From Orbicella franksi (taxonomy: Eukaryota), in contig OZ116701.1 in the NCBI GenBank assembly GCA_964199315.1, positions 33,294,001 through 33,358,000 of the forward strand: a stretch of DNA of 64,000 bases. Reading direction: 5' to 3'. The notes under the pieces were generated by a model. The model was not told the DNA's origin. It searched no databases and saw nothing but the letters and a program-made list of their open reading frames with translations. Numbering within the stretch: the stretch's first letter is position 1; every line of letters begins with the position of its first letter. Positions 23,801 through 37,721 of this stretch are shown here, piece by piece. The position numbers were made by a program, and so were the translations under genes.

Positions 23801-26800
23801 TTTGAATCTTCTCACGGGTGATCGAATTTAAGAATTGTTTGTTCGGGCACACTGAACGTAATTATTTTTTTCTGTTTTTCGCAGCTCCGTGCTATCAGGT
23901 CAGTTGGATGTTTAGCTAGATCTTTGATTTGGTTCACGTAGAATATTGCGAGTTTTTCAAAACGTTAGTTTAGTTCAATTATTTATTAACGACATGTCAA
24001 ATTTGCAGATGCTTTGTATCTTGTTTATAGCTGTTTGTCAGGATTATCACTTATTATCAGCATGTGCTGTTTATAGATTTCACTTAAACCGAATTTTCTT
24101 AAACTGCGAGAGACCGCAAATATTGTTTTCATGAAAACACCTCCTGTTCAAATCCCTTTTCACGCTGAGAAAATTTTACTAAAATCGACTTCGATTTATA
24201 AATCTTGAATCGTACTGAAACCAGCCTAAATATTGAGATATACATTCTCGGTCAATATAAGCTTTTGATCGAAAAATGGCGTCCGATGTTAGCAAAACTT
24301 GAAAGAAAATCCTTGTGACGAGTTTTGCTTTTAAAATATTCTTCTCAACCTTGGTTTAACTGAAGTACGGCTGTCATTTCTCAATTAAAGATAAGGTCTG
24401 TACAAGGCTCGAGTTTGTGCAGTAGACATGAATTACAAAAGAGGGCTCAGAGCTTTCAGGGCGCTCCAATCGTGGATGAAAGCCGCATTCAAAATCACTA
24501 GCAGGCACCTGCTAGCCTCACGGTGCTAAGTTCTCTTAAGTCTTGCAAACCTAGCTGATTGAGACAAGGGCTCGAATAGTAGCTACTGGTAATTGAAGTA
24601 TTTCGATGAAACCAGGCAGAGCCTAAAATTCGTACATTTTCACAGATCGACGCCCTTCGCGTTTACTTAATTTAGCAGTGTCACTTTGCTGGAATGGTAC
24701 ACTGAAAAACCAAAATAAAACACTCCAATCGGAGTAAAAAAGCCACTAGACGAGAATACAGATCACCATATACTAACGTTTTAGGATTTTTTTCGATACA
24801 CCATCTTACTTGGCAGGTTGTCTTTGCCTAACCAGTTAACACATCCCACAAAACGCTACTGAAGTGCTGTTTTCTTTGGTAGAATTCAATTGTTTTCCCC
24901 GTTAATGAAGTATTCTTCTCTATGTCTGCAGCTGTTGGCTAAGCAGGTGTTATACCACTCCGTTTTAGTTCAAGATTTCATTCTATTCATGTCAAGGCTA
25001 ATTAAGGGCCCCATTATCGAAGACCATGGGATTTGTCTTCCCAGTCTTGTTGTCTGTGTTGGAAGTGATATCGTAACTGGCTCACATATGATATCTAATG
25101 AAGCTAAAGTACTCTAGATCTTACATTACAAGTACAAAAACCCTGAAATATATTAAGTTATACCGTCGGTGTATACGAACGTGTTTAATCTCTCTCAAGT
25201 ATAATTCAACCTTAATTAGCCCTATGGATGAAGTTTTTCCTTGCTAATTGGTGATAATTAGCCCTTTGGGATAAATACCTTCCTGAAGCTCTTTACTCTA
25301 TACAACCGACGTACAAGTTTTCATTAAGACAAATCCTGGCGTTTTGTGAATCACATATTTGGTAAAGCTGTGCTTGTCATGACGTTTGAAGATGTTTTTC
25401 TTTACTTCTTTCATGAAACACGCCAGATGTTTCTCGTTTTTGGAATGTAGCTCTCCTAAAGGAGAATCTTTTTAGCTCATGTGAACTGAGTGTGTCATAT
25501 GCAAATTTCAAATTTGTTTTTATTTATTTAGTTTCTTTTTTCCAGTGAAAATCAGTCAGTTGTAAAATATGGTAAGGCAAAATTTTTACGTGAGACTAAA
25601 CAGGGTATATTTTCAGTGCTTTGTGAAAAAGTTATTTACATTTTTCCTACGGCAAATATTTATGTGCATGTACAAAAACACATTAACTAGACTTTCCAGC
25701 ATAAAAGGCGCTTATTTCTGTTGTGATTTCCTTATTTGTCAACTAAACGCTAAACAATTGTAAACCTTTTAACAACACGTGCTTAGAAAGATAATTATGT
25801 TTCAGTTTTCTACGCAGTTATGTCTAAATGCAATCTACCACTGAAATCCTAAAATATCAAGCACATGGAATTCAAAATCAATACAACCAGTTCAAAAAAA
25901 AAAATTAAGCAAGGAGAATTGTTCCCATAGTCAGCTGACGTGTTCGTGTCACTTTGCAGTCTAACATAACACGAAAAACGTGAGACATTTTAAATTTCTC
26001 AATTCAATTTTGTTGATTAAGAGTAAGGTGCTATAGCCGAAGCTTTTGGGAAATAAACTTATGCATGTACGCCATCTAAATAGTGCTAAAGTAATCACGA
26101 CTAAAGTACATGTAGGTAGGTTATAATAAAAGATCATAAAATTTATAAAATGCAAAGTAATTCACGTCTAAGAGTTACTGTTATGAGGTTAGACAGAAAC
26201 ATTTTAAAGTCCTCTTGACTTAATTAGCTGATCATTTTTGATCCTGAAGCATGTGGATAAATCCAATCGGACTCCAGCAAAAGTTCGCTTGTTCTGCCAG
26301 TTTCGCTCCACCAGTCAGCCACTCGATATCGCTGTAATATAAGAAAGAAAATTTGAACAATAGCATATGGTAATTAAAACCTGTAGTAGCTGTGTACAAG
26401 AGCCAATATAAGAATGTAAAAGATACTAGTTAAGTGTCTTTTTATACATTCTCTTTTCTATTTTGTTAAGGCCCACATCTTGCTGGTGAGCCTCCTTATC
26501 CTTTGTTAATCAGCTAGCAACCACGGGTTTTACAGACGGGTAAAAGATATGTTCCCGTAAGTGTCTTTCTCAGAATTTGAATCTTGTCTCCAAACATGGT
26601 TAAAACAAGACAGTACACTTTACAAACCCCCCCTTGAAGTTTCTTTAGGGCTTTTCGAAAGCAATTGAAAATGTTTCAAAACAACGGTCGCTTACTTCAA
26701 CTTTCAGCTTTTTCTTTTCTTTTCAGTTTACATGTACGTTAGTCGATGCTTCAATCAAAAAGTCTTTATATCTATTTCTTTTGAGTACACCGTAAAATGT

Positions 26801-29800
26801 TTCTTTCACGGTTGACTTAAGTCAATTCAAACAGTTACGTTTACTTAACTTTTAGACCGTTACTGAAAGAGAGAACAGAATACAGCTTCTTTTTCCATTT
26901 GAGCTTAAAACGTTCATGAGATGCTCAAAAATGACTATTTCCAATCGTTGAATGTTTCTTTATAACTTCTTATTGTTCTAATTTATTTTTTTGTCACTTG
27001 AGCCTGAAGCGTTCTTAAGATGCTCTTAACTTACCATCCCTAATCGTTAAAGTTTGTGGTAGGTTTGCTATAATTTCCAGTAGTCCCGAATGAAAAAAGA
27101 AAAACAAAGAAAAAAGAAAAAAATCCAGACTGCCATACAATCAAAGATGTTCAGTGTACAATAGTGACAATAAATACCTATTTAATAACACAAGGTCATC
27201 GTTTGTGTTCAATTATGCCCGTAAAAACATCTTGTTATTGGACTGTATAGATTACATTTTGCCAGGGTTCCGCATATTGTTTTCTCAAATAGTGTCAAAG
27301 AAAACATCTTTAACCGACTCTCAGTCTGGGTTGTGTTCTCAATAATTAAGTCCTGGAAATTTGGGTTCATCCCAGCTCAATGTTCATATCAAAACATTTC
27401 TTACAAAAGTAGTGCATTCAATTGTACACACATTTCAGAGCAAAGATGGCGCGCCCTATAAAAGAGTCGCTTGCTTTATATGTTGTTACATGTAACTTTT
27501 TGAAAGTAGCTTCCAAAATTAAATAAAAGAGTCAATGATTCTTTGGATTAATTTAAGAATGAGCTACTAGGACGTATGAAACTTAACGCATTCCGTTAAC
27601 TATTATGTCAGTTCAGCTTTGTTTGAATTCATTGTTGTGCAAAATGAACTTATTTTCTTTTTCCACTATACCGCCGACTCAGTCGCAGACAAATCAAAGC
27701 AGATTTTCGATACAATGTAAACATGGTTTTAGGAACTGATAATAAAACTCATGGTATTTGTGATGTTATTGATAATCAACTATTCTAAAAACTTCTATCA
27801 GCTCAACGTTGTGGTCTAGAAAAAAAAAAAAACACATAAGTTAAAATAGAGTGTAACTTCTGTTTATTCAAATTCGACACCGAGGAAATTGAATATATAA
27901 CCTCTGGTTGTCCCTCGCTTAAAATTTCATTTAAATGTTTTGGTCTAGAATAAACTATAGATTCAAGTTAAGGCAAAGTGCGCAATTTCGTTTGATGTAA
28001 ACGAAATTCGGCACCACTAAATGGAAATTCAATAATACTTTGTTTTGTTTTCACACAAGCTAGTGGTTCGCTAGTTTTACCTGAAAAAATCGTGAACCAT
28101 GCTTTGAAAATCAGTTGTCTAAAAGAGTAACAAACTGCGTGGAACAATGAATTTTGTTCTCAAGATTGAAAGCATGATTGTGAAAACGATTCTCTGTCTG
28201 ACCGAATTACTTGGTTCGATTGACTTAATCGGGACTTCAGCAAGAAATACACTAAAAACCTATCATGTAGCAAGAAAATTCTTGGAGCAAATAGATCAGA
28301 CTTCAACAATTTTTGTAAACTGGACGCGTCATTTTAAAATCCTCGTGCCGTGAAAATTGAACTGAATTACCAACTCACGGGCTTACAATTTGATATAAAA
28401 AGGTGCACATGATCAGGCCAAAATAAATTGACTACAAGCTGTTAAGTGAGATCATATTTCATTAAACAAATTGCTTATATATATGTATTAAATTGGAATA
28501 GGGTGTAGAAAAAGTTTAACGAGTGTATATAACAAACTAGAAAGTTCTTGAAAACGTACCTATTGTAAACTCCCTGGGTGTACCTCGATGTTCATAGTAT
28601 TGTGCTAGCATGCAAGCCTCTGAAACGTCTAAACAACCAATTAATTGAATAAACAAAGCGAGGAACAAGAGCGAGACATGTACCTTCATTTATTACAACT
28701 GCGTTTGAATACCAGAGCAACTCAAAGAGGAAGCTCAGAAGATTTTAGTTTAAATTGTATAGCCGTTACTTCATTGAAATTCGGTAAATGGCTAGGCGCA
28801 ACTTTATTGAGTAACTAGATGAAATGCATCAGCAGTTTCTTTCTGACATGGCAGTCCTAAACTACTGAATCAGCTTGCTTCTTTTCGTTTCCATATACCT
28901 GCGGTATTCAAGATTCGCTTTCTAATGATACATTTATTTCTGGGGTACCGCATTTAGTGCTGCTCAAGGAAACGAAAAGCTTTTGAGGCTTTTAATTTAT
29001 AAGGGCAACTGAGGTTTCTTTCGGACAATCAACACTTGTTGTGCCGTGAACTAAAGTCGACCTTGTTATCGGCTTCGAAACACATGCAGGTCACTTCCAT
29101 CTACTTCTCACATACATGTTTAATTATCTTTCAATGGGCGACCTGAATCTTCACGAGTGCTCTTCAAAGGTAGCAGGTAGATTGTGCTGTAATGCGTCGG
29201 ACAGAACTTGTGCAGATAGCAGCAAACTTTACTTTTTTATTCCGTAAGCTCCAAGATCTTTAATTTCATCTTGAAAAAGATGAAAAGACGAAATGAATGA
29301 ATAATTACTGAGCATTAATGTTCAGGTTACTTTGATTCAATGAGGTCGTTTTAGCGAGAGCAGTTGGTGAGATGATGTTAATTGACGATGAAGCACATGG
29401 AATGAATATCTAATGGCCACCCTTAATTGAGAAAACGTAACGTCGAGAAAAATAACTATAAAGTGAACTTAATTTTACATTAGCTCAGAATACTGAGAAA
29501 ACTTCCACTAATTTTTCGCTAACAGTACAATGTAGGTGATATAGACATAAGCAGCATAAACAACTAATTAGATTATAAAGAAAGCCATTGAGTTTGCGCA
29601 ATGACGAAAAATGTTCTATCTAGAGCAGTGATTACCACAGGAATTTTTCTTGAGTTTGAAAGTATTTCCCACGCTTTGTTTTGATTCTATGTAGCCTTTC
29701 TAAGTGATTTTAAATATTGAAATCTGTTCCAAGACCAAACTTCAAGCTAGAATAAAAGAAAAAAAAAGCTAGAAAACGTGCTGCATTTTAAAACATTGTA

Positions 29801-31615
29801 AATCATTAATTGTAATCAACCACCAAAAAAGGAAGTTGTCCGTCGTAGATGGAATAGCAAACACACAATTGTATCTTTGGTTTTTATCTTTATCAACTGC
29901 TACTGCTTGACTGACGGCCAACTCAGATCTGAATCAGACAAGCGAAACATTCTGGGAAATCGTACATTTAAGCGATGGGAAAAATAAAAGTAACGAAACT
30001 TTGAAAAACAAGTCCCGAAGATGTTTTTAAAAGAAACTAGCTTCCATTTCTTTGGACTTAGTTCAAGATTTTTTGATCAAGTTCGTTCATTGAGACATGT
30101 ATTTTCATGCATGGCTTTACCTGACAGTGTAAATTTTTTAAGATTGAATGACTTACAGTAGCTTGTTAGTTTCTTTCGAATTAGCAAGCAATTGTCGATT
30201 AAGCCACCAACTGACACCGACAGTTGTTTTGCTGTTTCTTTCTTAGCAGGACGTTTAAGTACCATATCCCTAACCCAAAGGTTCAGTTTTAGTCCAGCTG
30301 TGAACTGATTATGATTTTAAAAAGTTGAAATCTGGACGTTGTCAAAGTTAGAAGAGACAATTTTACAAATGGTCGCATGATTATTGTTCAAAATAACTGT
30401 AGGAGCAGAATTACCACGAGAGAAATGTACCCGTGGGAATGAAAATCGAGATCTTTACAGTACAGTTCTCACGTCAATCAAATTAAACTGCCGCAACTTG
30501 TTCCCTGTAATTAAGTAACCTTTACAAAAATTGAAATTCTGGCGCATTGGTACCTGAACGAGACTGGAGAAATATCCTTCCTTTTAACAATGTTTTTTCT
30601 TTTCGTCCTTTTCCGCATCTCTGAGTAAATTAGAATATTTGGTCGGACAATATCGCTTAAACTGTGGTACTTTTTGGCGAAATGATTTGAACGGGTAGTG
30701 ATACAGGAAATTCTACTGTAAAAAAACACTAACTTTCATATATGAATATTGTCAACAGTTTTACGATTTTACGACAGTGCATTAAGCTTAAAACGGTCCG
30801 ACCTCACTTAACTTCAGAAGTAAGAGAAAAACAAGAAGAAAACTAAACCACTAAAAAACTATTATCTTTATTCGTAGGCGCAAAGAAAACTATAGAGAAC
30901 TATAGAAAATAACAGCGTTATCATGGTTTATTTGAACTTCGCTTAATGCCAAACCTACAATCCAGTAAATGTATGGTATTCAATTTGTTCCATGAAACGC
31001 TTGGCGGCCAACTTATGGTTGTTAACCAGGAGCAAACTGGCCAATATTCAGTGAGTAAACTGTCCTTCGTTGGCTGATTTTGCCTCGTGTTTTCCTGGTA
31101 AGAGAATGCCTCTATGGCAGGTTACCTTATTAAAAAAGTTTTATAGGCCTGGTATTGTTAAAGTTTTGCGGTGAAATTCATTCCATGCTACCATTGAGTG
31201 TCCCATTCTTTGTCCTTGTGGCTAAGAAAAAGTTACATCTTACCTATAGTCCCCAGCCGATAGCGTTCTAATGAAAACGTAAAGTTGGAAGCATTCGATT
31301 CAGTAGTTATATACCGAAGAAAAACAGCCAGAAAACAACAAACAAAAGCACTTTACTTTTTCCCAGAGTTTTGCAAGTCTTTCTTTTTCACTAATCAAAA
31401 ATTAATGTAGTCACTGTACATGCATGCTTTTGCTGAAAAAGACAGATATTAAAACTATATTTTTGTTATAGTATCAATGGGGAGCTTTACGCCGCAGTTT
31501 TCCTGTGATGTTAACAACATAAACACTTTCGCCCACGGCATAACCTAAAAGCCTCGAATGGAATCAATGTAAAGGAACACGATTTCACCGTATAACGGTA
31601 CTTGGTGTAAAATTC

Positions 31616-31775
31616 AATAGACCAATTTCGATGTATTAAAATTCAACCTAAAACAATAGCCCCCAGGACGAGGCTCCGGGGAATAACTACAGAGTTTGTG
31701 GGGTTTATTCCCCAGGGCCTCGTGCTGAGGTCTATTGCTTTACGCTGAATTTTAATATATCGAAATTGGTCTATT
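31616..31775. mobile_element. Foldback MITE, about 160 bp hairpin
   Basis: aatagaccaatttcgat.tattaaaattca at the left end and tgaattttaata.atcgaaattggtctatt at the right. Inner arms (ccccaggacgaggctccggggaataa / ttattccccagggcctcgtgctgagg) also pair. Confidence 0.85.
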
Positions 31776-33304
31776 AAAGCGAAACCGAATATCGTTAATG
31801 AACTATTGTGAACTATTCCTCACCTATCGATTGAAAAGAAAGATCTATTTGATCATAATTATACCTTTAAGTTTATATGCTTTTAGATGCTGCCGTTTGC
31901 CAGGTTTGAGTCGGTAACATTAAAGCCTGGTTAAAGTTTGTTTTTCCTTGGCAACACTGATCGCACTAATATAATCGAGTAAGAAAGAAAATTTAAGGCA
32001 AATGAAACCTAACACAATCAAATTATTTTCTTAAAGTGCAAAATAAAGTAGTTAAATTTCACTGACTTGTGTTTTTAGAATACATGATTTACATATGAAG
32101 CCACTCTCGGCTGCTATTAATTGTAGTAAAAAAAAAAAAAATTCATTCTTTATCGTTCGATTCAAAAACTGCTCTGTTAATAGTTATCTCCCGTTGAACA
32201 ACTAAGTCATTCTATAGCAACTTTGCGATATAATTCAGCTGTTCCCTCTTGGAGAATCTTCCAGTGCCTGGGTGTTCAAAATAAGCTAATTCAGTTTGTC
32301 TGTCATCACACATGCAGACTCGCGCGAATAAGTTCATAATTCGCGCCCCTTCCCCCAAATAGATTCAAAAGAATTGGTCTTCATAATAGTAAACTCGCGT
32401 CAAATGGTCTGTTGTGAGGGAAAAAAAAGAAAATAAAAATAAATAATGGAACCAAATATCTTGTTATCTCAAAATACGATTTTGAAATGTCAACCAGCAA
32501 AGCTGCCTTTCGCATATCGCTCGGGTTTGTTGATGTTTATATATCTTTTCTAGTTTTACTTTAGTTTTCTTCCATTTTTTTCACTTACTTAAATTTTGAT
32601 ACGTCCGCTCTGAATGAAAAGTTTATCATTCACTTCTAGTTTAAGGCATTTCTATTACTATTTATTTCATTCCGTTTCTGCCTACCTAAATTTACTCTGA
32701 GCTTCGTCAATTGTTTCATTTCATTTCGCGTGCCTTTGTTCTAGTTTTCATCGTTGTTTGGTGGGACCCTACCGGCCACTTTCAGTGTTTTTTTATTTGT
32801 GATTACATTTTTGGGGTGGCTAGAGTCTAACGTAGCTTATACATATATATTATATGATTTCATATGCTTGTTGTCATTTTGTATTCTTTACTTCAATACT
32901 GTTATGCAACGTTTTTCCTTGAACACGTGGTCAAGGCCTGGTTCATTTCACCCTTCTTTTGAGCGCCACGGCTAGTACCTTTTCACTTCATTCGAACTGA
33001 TATATTTCATCGTGAATTTTTCGTTGCGGAGGTGCCTGCCAGTTCATTCTCCTTTCATGGCTTTCTGTTTCTTTTAATTTCTAAAATCTGCAACTGAGTT
33101 GACTGCCTAAATTGAAGGTACCGTTACCCCTTCTCTCTACTTGGATAGTTTTGTGTTTCTATCGAGTTTTACTATAACTCTACTAGCGTTCTATCACGAA
33201 TAGCGTTCTCTGATTCGCTACGCTGTTGTAGATAGTGAGTAGCCTACAGTGTGTGCTTGTTAACAAGCTGGCGGCCGCTTCTTTGCGTTTTGAAATTGGC
33301 TGTG

Positions 33305-33445
33305 AAGAGGAATTAATGAGATGTAGGCTGTGTAGGTATATGTGGGGGATTAATGAGATGTAGGCTGTGGTATAAGAAGGGGACTAATGAGATGTATGGT
33401 GTGTAGGTATATGTGAGGGACTAATTGGATGTAGGCTGTGTAGGC
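33305..33445 (+). repeat. Minisatellite (about 4 units of 34-38 bp), followed by a ~70-bp direct repeat (about 33450-33520 and 33645-33718)
   Basis: Unit (g/a)a(t/c)taatgagatgtaggctgtgtaggtatatgtg. Direct repeat ggat(c/g)ccaaccaatgcttac(c/g)taactttttaaagatgctac. Confidence 0.8.
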
Positions 33446-34347
33446 GCGGGGATCCCAACCAATGCTTACCTAACTTTTTAAAGATGCTACTTTTAGCGCT
33501 CCCCCAAATCTACACACGTGTATTTCACTAGTAGAAGTCTATCGATTTGGACAGTGCTTGGGTGAAAGATTCTCGCCCATATCAACTTTCTTTTCTCTCG
33601 TAAGTTTTCGCATATTTAAAGATGCGCCACACTCGTGTTTAAGGTGCAGGGATGCCAACCAATGCTTACGTAACTTTTTAAAGATGCTACGTTTAGCCTT
33701 GCCCCAAATCTACACGTTCCATCGACATGTCACTGAAACAGATTATGACGCCTTCCCTGGCCGCAAGACGAAGAACCCTATTGAGAGTATATAAGGAATG
33801 CTAGGAAAATTTCCTACCATTTCTCTGCGGTACTTCCAGTAGAAGTTCCGTGCGTCCCGTCATGATAGCTAGATTACAAGATCATTATATTGTCAGGTTA
33901 TTTTATAGTTGCTAACCAAAGTATTTCCATTATAGTTAATGTAAAGTAGTAAAATCATCCAGTAAAAGTAAAGTATACTAATTTTCCAAATAACCATTTA
34001 CAGGTTAGAAATCTATGTTAGATCATATTCAACTCGCAATAAGATCACGATTTTAGCTTTAGCTGTTCTGTGACACAGTAAACAAGAGACAGCGCCCACA
34101 TCGACATATAGACGTCCTGAACTTATCAAGTAAGTAATGTATTTTGTAGCAATCAGTGAAGAACCATCTAGATCTTATGGCATATTTACAAATATATGTA
34201 AATATCAAAACGAGCCACGATGTCCCATGATGGACACAAGAAAAACATATCAGTTCCATTATCAATATTAAACTAAAGATGAAAAGATCACCTAGACGAT
34301 CACAAAATTCAGTCAGACTGCTCAAGGTCACCAGACCATTGAACGTA

Positions 34348-34768
34348 CATTACTTGCAAAATAAATTTCGGACGATTTGAATTTCGGACAAAAAAGCATC
34401 CGAGAATAAAACCGTCTGAAATTTTTAATGGTCCGAAATATTTACAGCACAGTATAAAATTCTTAAGTAACTTCGAAGCTCTTAGTTTTTTTTAATGGAG
34501 CGAACTACAGTTGAGATACTGTTTGAGATAAGTAATGGCTTGATAGAATTTGTGTAATTTTCTCTTCGATGTATTCTAAAATGTCGAGGTGCAGTAGATT
34601 AAAACTATCACAGATGCTGTTTCGTGATCACATTAATTCGTAGGCGTGAACTATGTTTCAGGAAAGTGTCCGACTTGTTTGTTCGAAATTTATCCAGAAT
34701 GAGACTAAAAGACATCCCGGAAATAAACCGTTCGGAATTTTAACATCCGATATTTTTTGCAAGTAATA
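34348..34768. mobile_element. MITE-like element with imperfect TIRs
   Basis: attacttgcaaaataaatttcggac at the left, ccgatattttttgcaagtaat at the right, with internal tcgga/tccga repeats. Confidence 0.5.
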
Positions 34769-35211
34769 TTTGTACAGGTAATCATACGGTTTCGAGTTCA
34801 ATTTGGAATTAATTTGCACGAGTGAGTTTATCAAAAAGCTGAAATTGCACGAGCCGCTTTATAAACATGAAAACATTCGCGTGGAGGAAATGCCGGAAGA
34901 TCCCCCTCGAAGCCATTTTTATTCCTTTATTTCAGCCAATCAGAATCGAGTAATTTTTTCATGTATATTATTATAAGTAAAACACTTTCGTATGCATAAA
35001 TGGGCGTTCACAATGTAAGTTAAGTTTGCTCGAGGTCAAACGCCTAGCTCCACGATGTGTTGTATTCCATTTGCAAAGGCAGAATATGTGAGAACGGAAG
35101 TTTTCAAACATAATTTTATGAGCCTGCACAACGAACGCTAACCGTCACATTTCTGGCTAGCTTTAGATTGTTGGAATCGACGCGAGAGTCTATCGTTCAG
35201 TCTCTATTGCA

Positions 35212-36126
35212 ATGCCTCTACAACCACTCTGGGAATCCCATGAAATGTACCAGAGGTCATTTCAGGCATTAATCGACAACTCAACGGCCAGAGGACCAGC
35301 TATCCTTAACTTTACACAAGACGGGATAAGGCAGGCCATGCTGAAAATTATTAACAAGATGAACATCGACGAGCCACTTAAAGTGTTGGGCATTGGGAGT
35401 GGAAGCGGAGAGAATAATCTCCTCATTCTTCAAACTATGGCGGATATCCTCGTATCACAGAAGAAGAAAAGACCTGCTATCCATAACGTGATCGTTGAGC
35501 CGAGCTCGGTTATCTTAGATCAATTCAAAATGAAGGCTTCTTCGCTGCCGTCATCATTAAAGAGCGTAGCCAATGTTTCCTTCGAATCGCAGCAGAAAAC
35601 GTTCAGTGAATTCAACCAAGAAACCTCCATCGAAAAGAAAAGTTTCGATTTTATTCATTTTGTCCACAGTATCCGTTACTCGGATCTGGAGCTTGCGCTG
35701 CGATCATGCTTCGAACAATGGCTAAAAGCTGAACACGGAGTCGTGGTTTGCTATGTTCATACCGAGAATTCATACCTTGCTAAAGTCAGTAAGAAGTTTA
35801 AAGGAAAATTGAGCTGTGGCTCGGAAGTTATGGCCTTCTACACGCATGAAGAGCTGGCTGCCATTGCGGAGAAAAACAGCTGGAATTATTGTGTCCCGCT
35901 AAAGGAAAAATATCAGATCAATGTGACGGCCTGCCTACTAAAGCAAACGTCAGCCGAGTCCGATCCGCTTATCGATTTCCTAAGTCATCAACAAAATTTC
36001 CGAGCAAATGCCGAGCAAGAATTGTTTAACAGTTGGATGGAGATGACCGAATCCTTGGCTTTCACGGACGACAACGATGAAAAGTTTGTTGCAGGGGAAA
36101 ATGCAGTAGTTATAATCAATAAGTAG
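35212..36126 (+). CDS. Histamine N-methyltransferase-like class I SAM-dependent methyltransferase, single coding exon, 304 aa
   Basis: Motif I KVLGIGSGSGE, VIVEPS and FDFIHFVHS parallel HNMT (ILSIGGGAGEID, VVEPS, DFIHMIQM). Orthology not established. Confidence 0.8.
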   Translation: MPLQPLWESHEMYQRSFQALIDNSTARGPAILNFTQDGIRQAMLKIINKMNIDEPLKVLGIGSGSGENNLLILQTMADILVSQKKKRPAIHNVIVEPSSVILDQFKMKASSLPSSLKSVANVSFESQQKTFSEFNQETSIEKKSFDFIHFVHSIRYSDLELALRSCFEQWLKAEHGVVVCYVHTENSYLAKVSKKFKGKLSCGSEVMAFYTHEELAAIAEKNSWNYCVPLKEKYQINVTACLLKQTSAESDPLIDFLSHQQNFRANAEQELFNSWMEMTESLAFTDDNDEKFVAGENAVVIINK

Positions 36127-36719
36127 ACAATTCTAGCTAATTCTCCTAGACTGAAATGCAGGCTCTTGTTTGTACTGTGCTTCTGTAGTTAGAACAGCGG
36201 CCAGAAACCACTATTTCTCGCATAAAACTCCATAGTGGAACACGGTTAATTCACACTGCACCATGCATGCAGAGGGACACACAGTTAAAGTGTTTTGATG
36301 TATTCTCTAGATATATCTCTTTTATGTCAAAGTCGGCGATGTCGCTTGCAATTGTTTACAGGTTTGTAGAGCATTGTAAGACTTAGTCGCGATTTTATTA
36401 TGGTCTGATCATGAATCGATGTTATGTAGATTTCCCACCGCTAAGTAGTTATACTACTACACATTAGTACCCCTTAATCGTATGTTTTATTGGATGATTT
36501 TATTATAAAAGGCTATAGTTATGGGCTTAAAACTTTGGTTAGCAACTGGCTTTACACTGTGTTGAATTGACTTTACTAACATTTCTCACCTTGAAATAGT
36601 CATTTGGAAAAGTTAACATTAGTACCCGTCAATAGATGTTTTATTGGATGATTTTGCTAGTATATAGCTACAGTGCAAAAACTTTGGTCAGCAGCTAAAA
36701 TAAGTTAAACGTGACAATG

Positions 36720-37030
36720 TATGATAATGATCTTGTAGTCCATTGGTGTTGAGGAATATCCCACAAGTCACTTGTATTTTCCCGGTATACTGGCACACGA
36801 GCCTTGTTTTAGAGTGGGATTTTCCAAGGTATACCATCGTAGAGAGCGTTGCGTATAAACCATTTTTTACCATGCAGTAGAAAATGCAGAAAATACAGTA
36901 CACAAATAAAATACACAATCAATGCGACATACGCGTGGCGCACGATAGGAAGGTTTAGTGTAATACCGTCTAGTTTATACCGGTTTTCCTGTATGCTGAT
37001 TGGCTGTATTTTCTATGGCATGGTATAAAT
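36720..37030 (-). repeat. Interspersed repeat with internal palindrome; related copy at about 55850-56225 in opposite orientation
   Basis: Shared gaatatccca(c)/(ctac) and tggtatacca / ggtatacacac...gtgtgtataccgagaaaata and ttttct(a/t)tggcatggt(a/g)taaa motifs. Confidence 0.6.
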
Positions 37031-37721
37031 TTCAATTTAATTATATACATACTGATTAGAACCTCAATTAAAAAAAAAAAACATAACTGGATTGTCAAAT
37101 CATTGTCCATAAAGCAAGTTTATTGACAACTTTGTACAGAGCGTGTCAATCACATGCACAGGAAAGTCTCTTTTGCCCTACATATATTAGCCTGCTCGCT
37201 AAATTAAAGAGTAAACATATCAGCTTTTTGACAGACCAAACAAAACAATAAATTCATAAAACGAAGTGACCGCGAGGGAACAACAACAACAACAATGCTT
37301 TATCTACTCTGGACACTTAATACACATTTGCAAAGAAAATTATCACAATAACTTAGGGAAAAGATATGTGTTTAAAGTCAAGCCAGGGGGACAAATGAAC
37401 CTTGCGGTTTCCGAGTTATTCCCTTGCCTTTTACGTGCAAAGCAAAATAAGACCAAGGGAATAACACTTTTTAGCGCATGGTTGGTTTCACAAATATATC
37501 GTTCAACTGCACAGTTACATATGTCACTTAGAAATTTGATTGTCAAGGAGAAAAAATTAGAGTAATCGGTGCCCCGGCATCTTCATCCCCCTGATATTGG
37601 CTCACGTCTGCCCGAGTGAGCCCCCTTCCAAAATGTTAAAATCTGGCGTAAAATAAATTTAAAGGTTTCAATTGTTTAAAACTACTGAAGTATAAACAAT
37701 AGAAAGAAAGAAGTGTGTTGT

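Noticed and set aside
23860-23905. Possible 14-nt micro-exon (strong acceptor at 23884, gtcagt donor at 23899) and other isolated splice-like sites, e.g. about 26335 on the minus strand
   Set aside because: No partner exons or reading frame. Such signals arise by chance in T-rich DNA and need RNA-seq.
33305-33445. CRISPR-like array
   Set aside because: Contiguous degenerate minisatellite with no unique spacers, in a eukaryotic context with no cas genes.
18500-35200. Short ORFs of 60-100 aa across the desert, and known cnidarian miRNAs
   Set aside because: The ORFs are mostly non-ATG starts with AT-biased composition and no motifs. I found no match to miRNA sequences I recall, but a manual scan is not exhaustive.
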